In this document: piece after piece, positions 58,166 to 64,000 of the stretch
Layout of the letters: each line of letters opens with the position of its first letter
Position numbering within the stretch: the stretch's first letter is position 1
Assembly: GCA_018400535.1 (NCBI GenBank)
Contig: JAGYMQ010000034.1
Span: 10,137 to 74,136, forward strand
Source of the DNA: Candidatus Cloacimonadota bacterium
Lineage (GTDB): Bacteria > Cloacimonadota > Cloacimonadia > Cloacimonadales > TCS61
DNA: 64,000 nt
Direction of reading: 5' to 3'
The notes under the pieces: model-generated
What the model was told of the DNA's origin: nothing
The model's input: only the letters and a program-made list of their open reading frames with translations
Database searches by the model: none
Made by a program: the position numbers and the translations under genes

Positions 58166-59210
58166 TTTTGATTACCACCATTCCTTTTTTCGTCGTTTTT
58201 GTGATCACATCGGCGATATTGCTGATAATTGGGATGTTATTCTTGTAATCCATTCGAACGGGACCCAAGATTCCCAAATATCCAGGAACGCCGAAAAGTT
58301 CATATTTAGCGAAGATCAATGAATAATCTGAAAGTTCAGGTTGCCCCAGTTCTTCGCCCATCAAAATATGATATTTTGCTTTTTGCTCATATTTCTGCAT
58401 TAATTTGATGAGGTGATCCTGTCTTTGAATGAAACCAAGAAAATTCAAGATCGAAGTTTTCATATCAAATTCAGGCTGTTCCAAAAAGCTGATATTTCCG
58501 TCAAAATGAATATAATAGCTGCTGATCTCGGTGAGTGCATTTTGAAATTCGTCCAAAAACATTCGCAATAATTTATTCTCGTCGCTGATGTGATCAGACG
58601 TTTCTTCCAGATATTTATTTTGAATGTCATAGATCCGAGAACCGGAAAATTTGTCGTTCACATAGCGCACGATCGCTTTTAGTTGCTGTCCCGAAAGAGT
58701 GTAGTCGCATTTAAAAATGACTGTCTTGTCCAAACCTGAATCCAAACTGACAACGAAAAGCAGCTTATTATCAGAAATTTTAAAAACATCCAATTTATTC
58801 AGAGTTCCGTAAGAAATTTCTGGTTCTGCCACAAAACTGAGCTGGTCAGTTTCTTTTGCCAGGATCTGCATGATATAGTGCAAAGCCAACGGCGTGTCTT
58901 TATAATATTTTATCAATAATTGACGCAACGTTTCCGTCTTGTCATAATCGCTGTTTTCAATTTCTTTTTTGATTAAGTGAACGTAATTACGATAGCCTTC
59001 GATTGTGGGAATTCTACCGCCAGAGGTGTGTTGCTGATAGATGAGGTTTTCCTTTTCCAGCTTGCTCAGATCAATGCGGATCGTGGCAGAACTGGAATCG
59101 GTGATATATTCTTTGCTGATCACTCTGGAAGAGATCGGCTCTACTTTGCGAATATATTCTTCCACTAAATATCTCAAGACTTTTTTTCGACGACTTTCTG
59201 TTTTTTTCAT
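58149..59210 (-). CDS. hrcA: Heat-inducible transcription repressor HrcA
   Basis: SSATIRIDLSKLEKENLIYQQHTSGGRIPT matches the HrcA signature. I prefer the ATG at 59210 (MKKTESRRKKVL); the track start at 59273 would extend into the promoter region. Confidence 0.85.
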   Translation of the reverse strand: MKKTESRRKKVLRYLVEEYIRKVEPISSRVISKEYITDSSSATIRIDLSKLEKENLIYQQHTSGGRIPTIEGYRNYVHLIKKEIENSDYDKTETLRQLLIKYYKDTPLALHYIMQILAKETDQLSFVAEPEISYGTLNKLDVFKISDNKLLFVVSLDSGLDKTVIFKCDYTLSGQQLKAIVRYVNDKFSGSRIYDIQNKYLEETSDHISDENKLLRMFLDEFQNALTEISSYYIHFDGNISFLEQPEFDMKTSILNFLGFIQRQDHLIKLMQKYEQKAKYHILMGEELGQPELSDYSLIFAKYELFGVPGYLGILGPVRMDYKNNIPIISNIADVITKTTKKGMVVIKNEQKR

Positions 59211-59280
59211 AATTACAATACCTATATATTTTCTAATGCAAAGACAAATTAATAAACACGTTTCATTTGTCAAACTAAAT

Positions 59281-59307
59281 TTAGCAGACTTTTCCTTTGA
59301 GTGCTAA
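59281..59307 (-). promoter_or_regulatory. CIRCE operator (HrcA binding site)
   Basis: TTAGCAGAC-N9-GAGTGCTAA compared with the consensus TTAGCACTC-N9-GAGTGCTAA. It lies 71 nt upstream of the hrcA ATG. Confidence 0.85.
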
Positions 59308-59311
59308 TTAA

Positions 59312-59341
59312 TTTATGCGGCTTTGATATCACTATCGTCAA
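59312..59341 (-). promoter_or_regulatory. Candidate sigma-70-type promoter of the hrcA operon
   Basis: On the minus strand, TTGACG (59341-59336), 18 nt, then CATAAA (59317-59312). This would put CIRCE at the transcript start. It is a weak, by-eye call. Confidence 0.4.
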
Positions 59342-59427
59342 GCTATTCAAGATTAGATATTGACAACAAAAAGGTTAAATTTACGCAAGGTTTGTGTCAC
59401 ATAATTTATGAAAATTCAGGAGTGAAT

Positions 59428-59778
59428 ATGAATGGGATAATTTTTTTTAGAAGTCAGAAATTAGAAAAGATCAAAGATTTTTATTTGAACAAGATCGGAT
59501 GTAAGCTCTGGTTGAAACAGACAGATTGCCTCATTTTCCAGGCCGGAAATATGTTATTGGGATTTTGCGATCGCGAGAATGTTGATCAAAATGGAATCAT
59601 CACATTTTTTTATCCAACCAGAAAAGAAGTGGACGCAATGTATAGAGAATTGATTGATATTGCTCAGAAAGCCCCGATCATGAATTCCAAATATAATATT
59701 TATCAGTTTTTTGCACTCGATCCTGAAGGCAGAACTCTAGAATTTCAGTGGTTTAAGAATAAGATGAAAGCGATTTGA
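59428..59778 (+). CDS. VOC (glyoxalase/bleomycin-resistance fold) family protein
   Basis: The ATG at 59428 is preceded by AGGAG. It is about 116 aa with a beta-alpha-beta-beta-beta-like pattern ending in ALDPEGRTLEF. Confidence 0.55.
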   Translation: MNGIIFFRSQKLEKIKDFYLNKIGCKLWLKQTDCLIFQAGNMLLGFCDRENVDQNGIITFFYPTRKEVDAMYRELIDIAQKAPIMNSKYNIYQFFALDPEGRTLEFQWFKNKMKAI

Positions 59779-59781
59779 TCT

Positions 59782-62163
59782 CTATTTGTTTTTCACGTGT
59801 TTTTCAAACCATTCGATCATTTCTGCCAGGACGTGCAGACCAGATTTTTTTGCTCGATAGCTATGACCTTCTAACGGCAAAAGAACCAATCTGGCTGTTG
59901 CCCCATTTCCTTTGAGCGCATGATAAAATCGTTTTGATTGGAGAGGATAAGTTCCTGAATTTGGATCTTCTTCGCCATGAATAAGCAATATTGGCTCTTT
60001 GATCTTTTCAGCATGGGCAAGGGGAGAAACTTCCAGATAAAAATCTCTGGCTTCCCAGAATGTTCTTCTTTCGCTTTGGAAACCAAAAGGTGTGAGTGTT
60101 CGATTGTAAGCACCACTTCTGGCAATTCCAGCTTTGCAGATATTGCTGTTAGCCAGCACGTTTGCAACCATGAAAGCACCATAACTATGACCGGTTATGC
60201 CAACTCGATCAGGATCGATAATTCCGCGTTTATCTAAATAGTCTATAGCTGCCTGCACGCTGTTAACGGTTTGTTCGATAAATGTATCGTTCACAGTTTG
60301 TGGATCGCCGACGATAGGAATCGAAGCTTTGGTAAGCACAGCATAACCTTCCAAAGCAAAATAGCGCACCGAAGTTCCCCAAAATCTGATAAATTTATTT
60401 GGAGTGGAAACGATTTGGCCAGCAGTTGAATCATCGGTATATTCTTCGGGATAGGCATTGATGACAAGCGGCAGTCTTTTTCCTTTCTGATAGTTTGCAG
60501 GTAGATATAGTTCTCCGGAAAGCGGAATGCTATCCGCTCTTGAGTATTTTACTAATTCTTTTTTTAATGCTGTCAGTTCCTGAAAATTATTAGGATAAAA
60601 AGTGAGCTGCTTTTTTTCTGCATTTTTCAAATCGATCAAGAAATAATTTGGTTGTATTTTATTACTTTCACTGCGGATTAAAATTTGGGAAAGATCTTTT
60701 TTTGTGAAACCTTGAATTGTTTCGTGTTTTCCTTTTTCGCAGCGAAATAAATATATCGTTTTTTTAGAAGTGAGGTCATATTGCGAAAGGAAAGGATAAT
60801 TTCCTTCCGGAGTAGCCCCCGTATTATTGATATAAAATATTTTCCCTTGTTTTTTCACAAAAACCCATTTCCCGTGCTTTGTCTCTTTTTTCACCAAATA
60901 GCCTGGATCGTTATACTCGTCACGAATGCTGAGATCATAGATTAATTCTTTTTCCTTTCCTATCTGGAAAAGCCAGCCTTTTCGCCATAAATTATCACGA
61001 TCATATTCATAGACGATCATTTCATTTTTTTCCTGTGACCAATCAATGCCGGAATATCGCTCTTCCAGACGCAGGATTTCTTTTGGCTCTGGCGCAAGAG
61101 GTTGTATTAATCGCATGATCTTATCGCGATGTTCCACTTCCTTTTTTGGATCACCTTCATCGAGAGCTTCGACCCAGATCAGTGCGGCATCTTGCAGCGG
61201 TTGCCAGCTGAAATAACGCGGGCCGATATAGGTTCCGCCGATCGGTACTTCTTCTTGCAATGGTCTTTTATAAAGTGTTTTCAGCTTTTTCCCTTGCAGA
61301 TCCCAAATTTCAAAAGTTTTGGGAAAGCGATAGTAAGGAACATTATAGGAATAGGGTTTTTCGATTCGAGTGATCAGAAGAAAATTATTATCCGGTGAAA
61401 TTTCTACATCGTCATAAATTGCTGTTTTTCCGACTGTTTTATATTTACCGGTTTCAATATCCAACAAGATCAACTGTGAGGAAAAATAGTGTTCAAACAA
61501 TTTTTTGTCATATTCGTTTTTAAGTAAATTCTGATAAGTTCGCACTTTGCTTTCTTTGCCGGAAGTTTCTTCCATAATGGGAGAATCAGGAATTGCAGAT
61601 CTTTGCGGTTCTGTGGCTCTTTCGGGTGGAATGATCTTCAAGAGAATATGTCTATCATCGTTGAGCCAACCGATGAATCCATCGCCAAAGATGTCATTGA
61701 GTTTGAATTCGGAAAATTTTTTTAGTTTGGATTTTCCGAGTTCGTTAATTAACAGTTCAATGCCAGCATCGGTTTCATTGAGCAAGGCCAATTTTTTTTG
61801 GTTCGGTGAAACTTGAGTTTCTCTGATGCGTGCTTTTGATGGTAATTTGATCCCAATTCTGCTTTTATTATCAAGATCGAAAAGATTGATCATATTTGTC
61901 GGATAAAAATCTTTTTGCGCATTGATCTTTTTAGTGAAAGATTTGCCTGCCAATTTCAGCTTTTCATCTGCCAAATCCTGCAGTGATGGATGCATTTCGT
62001 ATTGTTTTTCCAGACCAAAATTACTATAATGAATGATTTCAATGTAAGGATTTCGCTTTTGTTCATAGATTTTTCTAACATTCTCAGGTGGTAATTTATA
62101 GCCTGTTTTTGAAAATAAATTCATACTAACTCCCAATAAAAGGATCATAATAACATTTTTCAT
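59782..62163 (-). CDS. S9-family serine peptidase (prolyl oligopeptidase/dipeptidyl peptidase-like), secreted
   Basis: Signal peptide from the ATG at 62163, an N-terminal propeller-like region and a C-terminal alpha/beta hydrolase with GHSYGA (nucleophile) and LEGHSY. Confidence 0.8.
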   Translation of the reverse strand: MKNVIMILLLGVSMNLFSKTGYKLPPENVRKIYEQKRNPYIEIIHYSNFGLEKQYEMHPSLQDLADEKLKLAGKSFTKKINAQKDFYPTNMINLFDLDNKSRIGIKLPSKARIRETQVSPNQKKLALLNETDAGIELLINELGKSKLKKFSEFKLNDIFGDGFIGWLNDDRHILLKIIPPERATEPQRSAIPDSPIMEETSGKESKVRTYQNLLKNEYDKKLFEHYFSSQLILLDIETGKYKTVGKTAIYDDVEISPDNNFLLITRIEKPYSYNVPYYRFPKTFEIWDLQGKKLKTLYKRPLQEEVPIGGTYIGPRYFSWQPLQDAALIWVEALDEGDPKKEVEHRDKIMRLIQPLAPEPKEILRLEERYSGIDWSQEKNEMIVYEYDRDNLWRKGWLFQIGKEKELIYDLSIRDEYNDPGYLVKKETKHGKWVFVKKQGKIFYINNTGATPEGNYPFLSQYDLTSKKTIYLFRCEKGKHETIQGFTKKDLSQILIRSESNKIQPNYFLIDLKNAEKKQLTFYPNNFQELTALKKELVKYSRADSIPLSGELYLPANYQKGKRLPLVINAYPEEYTDDSTAGQIVSTPNKFIRFWGTSVRYFALEGYAVLTKASIPIVGDPQTVNDTFIEQTVNSVQAAIDYLDKRGIIDPDRVGITGHSYGAFMVANVLANSNICKAGIARSGAYNRTLTPFGFQSERRTFWEARDFYLEVSPLAHAEKIKEPILLIHGEEDPNSGTYPLQSKRFYHALKGNGATARLVLLPLEGHSYRAKKSGLHVLAEMIEWFEKHVKNK

Positions 62164-62256
62164 AGATTCACCTTTTGTGTGTAATTTATTGGTCAAAATT
62201 TTGTTTAATGCTGATCTGTCAAAAAATATTATTTTTAGCAGAAGGATAAAAACGCG

Positions 62257-64000
62257 TTATTTATTAAACTTATCTAATTTTTTTTGAGCAAGTTCTTTCA
62301 TCATTTCATCATCAGCGAATTGCAGGACGAGTTGATAGAAATTCAGCGCTTTTTCTTTTACATCCAATTTCCAATAGATCTCGGCAAGATGAAAGGCGAT
62401 CTCAGCGTGTTCAATTTTATATTGTAAGGGAATTTGCATTGCTGCCAAAGCCTGTTCATAATTTCCTTTGCGAAATTGTAGCCAGGCATAACTATCCCAG
62501 ATCATGATGCTTTCTGGTTCTAATTTTGTTGCTTTTGAAAGCATCTCTTCCGCCAGCGGGAATTTATCCTGCAGATTTTCATCAGCGATAAAATAGCCTA
62601 AGCTGTTCAATATATCGGCATTATCGGGAAATAAATCCACACCTTTTTGCATGATCTGAAGATATTCTGTTTGATTGATCTGATCTTGATATCTGGAAAA
62701 CAGGATGAATAGTACTGGTGCTGGTTGCTTTTGAGTTTGGAATATATTCTGAAGATAATGTATTGCCAGCGAATCTTTGTGTAATTCGTATAATAATTGA
62801 GCAATTAAAATTTCCGAATTTTCTTTTATTTCGGGGTCATTTTGTAGAATTTTTTCAGCAGCAACAATATCATCATTGATATCGAGATGAGCTGACGCGA
62901 TCAGCGTATTAAGTTTATGCTCTTGAATAAATGCTGGTTTGATCTTAGAAAAAAAGGAATTGGCTGTTTCCTTTTCTCCAAATTTCCAGTGAAAAAGTAG
63001 CAGAAGAAAATTTGCTAATTCGTTGTTTTCCAGTGATAATTGAGAAAAGGTAGCTAGTAATTTCTCTTGATAGACAGTGATGTTTTTTAAGCTATATTTT
63101 GAGATCAATCTTACTAGATCAGATTTTGGATTGTAGTCTTGTATCTTTTCAACAGCTTGTTCAAATTTGTCTAAAACGATATTGAAAAAAATGATGTTTA
63201 GTTCCAATTCCAATATTACATCGTTCGGAAGTTCAAAAGAATGCAGGGTCTGTTCAACGGCTTTCAGGGCAAGTCTGAAATCTTCGAGTTCCCAGGCAGC
63301 GATCATCAGGTAGATGAGATCATCTCTTATTTGTGAAGCAAAACAGATTTCCTGATTTTCCACAATTTCGGCAAAGGCAGATTCTTTGAATAGCAGTGAG
63401 ATAAAATGGGATTTCAGACTTTCCGAGATCTTACTGATGGAAGCTAATCTTTTGCGTAGTAAAGCAAGCGCTGTTTGATTATCATTTTGTTGATCATAGA
63501 TTCTCAATAATGCGGTTAAAACTTCTTCTGAATTCCATTTCTGATAAGTTTTTTCCAGAATATCTAATTTTTTGCTGGGATTGAATTCTCCGTATAGTTC
63601 AGCGATGTCGATCAAGATTTTTTCTTCTTCCCAAGGCAAAGACAATGCTTTGGACAGAAGCGTGCTATCTTGAATACCTTGTTGCTTTTTGAAGCGATAA
63701 AACTGGATGAAATGGGGCATCGTCTTTTCTGTTTGCAAAGTCAAGCGATAAAATTTGTCAGCTTTTTCGAAATCTTCCAGTTGCTCTGAAGCAAGAGCTA
63801 TTAAAAAAAGGATTTTGCCAGAAAATGAATTCTTTTCATAATAGGATTCGCCAATATCGACGATTTCATTCAACAATCTAATATTATCATCATAAATAGA
63901 ATTCGTGAAAAGTATTCTCAATAATTTTTCTTTTAAATAGATGCTGGAATCATATTCAATTGCTTTTTTCAAGAAATTAATTGCGCTGTCAATATCGCCG
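62257..64000 (-). CDS. TPR-repeat protein, 5'-truncated by the window edge
   Basis: It carries repeated TPR-like A/Y/L helical pairs. The frame stays open upstream of the TTG at 63972 (GDIDSAINFLKKAIEYD), so the gene starts beyond nt 64000. Confidence 0.7.
   Translation of the reverse strand, partial: GDIDSAINFLKKAIEYDSSIYLKEKLLRILFTNSIYDDNIRLLNEIVDIGESYYEKNSFSGKILFLIALASEQLEDFEKADKFYRLTLQTEKTMPHFIQFYRFKKQQGIQDSTLLSKALSLPWEEEKILIDIAELYGEFNPSKKLDILEKTYQKWNSEEVLTALLRIYDQQNDNQTALALLRKRLASISKISESLKSHFISLLFKESAFAEIVENQEICFASQIRDDLIYLMIAAWELEDFRLALKAVEQTLHSFELPNDVILELELNIIFFNIVLDKFEQAVEKIQDYNPKSDLVRLISKYSLKNITVYQEKLLATFSQLSLENNELANFLLLLFHWKFGEKETANSFFSKIKPAFIQEHKLNTLIASAHLDINDDIVAAEKILQNDPEIKENSEILIAQLLYELHKDSLAIHYLQNIFQTQKQPAPVLFILFSRYQDQINQTEYLQIMQKGVDLFPDNADILNSLGYFIADENLQDKFPLAEEMLSKATKLEPESIMIWDSYAWLQFRKGNYEQALAAMQIPLQYKIEHAEIAFHLAEIYWKLDVKEKALNFYQLVLQFADDEMMKELAQKKLDKFNK

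Noticed and set aside
7542-64000. The near-total minus-strand gene orientation as a sign of a horizontally acquired island.
   Set aside because: The genes are core housekeeping and metabolic functions with uniform AT-rich composition. Co-orientation with replication is the simpler explanation.

Overview
This is an AT-rich 64 kb chromosomal window from an anaerobic bacterium. I call about 57 CDS, and all but 11 lie on the minus strand. I found no rRNA, tRNA, CRISPR array, transposase or prophage by eye. The gene content (a giant SprA-like T9SS outer-membrane protein, Mvh/Hdr genes, ferredoxin-dependent 2-oxoacid oxidoreductases) suggests an FCB-superphylum or Cloacimonadota-like fermenter or syntroph, but that taxon call is inference only.

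Layout:
- 1-7.5 kb (+): rsgA, nadK, recN, a membrane coiled-coil protein, NfeD-SPFH, eno and a lipoprotein.
- 7.5-10.9 kb (-): an orphan GlmL/MutL-type ATPase operon.
- 11.4-17.5 kb (-): a 2020-aa SprA-like protein.
- 17.5-24.7 kb: coaX, a 56-aa ferredoxin missing from the ORF track, tatD, unknown proteins, GNAT, an M20 amidohydrolase and an M3 peptidase.
- 25-29.7 kb (-): two tandem fused LeuC/LeuD-type aconitase-family genes and an atypical HD protein.
- 30.1-49.6 kb (-): one co-directional metabolic supercluster. It holds two delta-alpha-beta-gamma 2-oxoacid:ferredoxin oxidoreductases, methylmalonyl-CoA epimerase, hdrCBA, mvhD, SdhB/SdhA-like genes, mvhGA, a hydrogenase protease, sucCD, a DUF559 gene and a two-subunit class I fumarase.
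- 49.7-64 kb (-): uvrB, cca, rsmE, a CIRCE-controlled hrcA-grpE-dnaK-dnaJ operon, an S9 peptidase and a TPR protein, with one VOC-family gene on the plus strand.

The most interesting signal is the soluble fumarate-reductase-like flavoprotein and FeS pair inserted inside an Mvh-Hdr gene set. This pair sits next to the ferredoxin-dependent and succinyl-CoA enzymes. It suggests an uncharacterised cytoplasmic H2/fumarate/ferredoxin electron-bifurcating (or confurcating) module.
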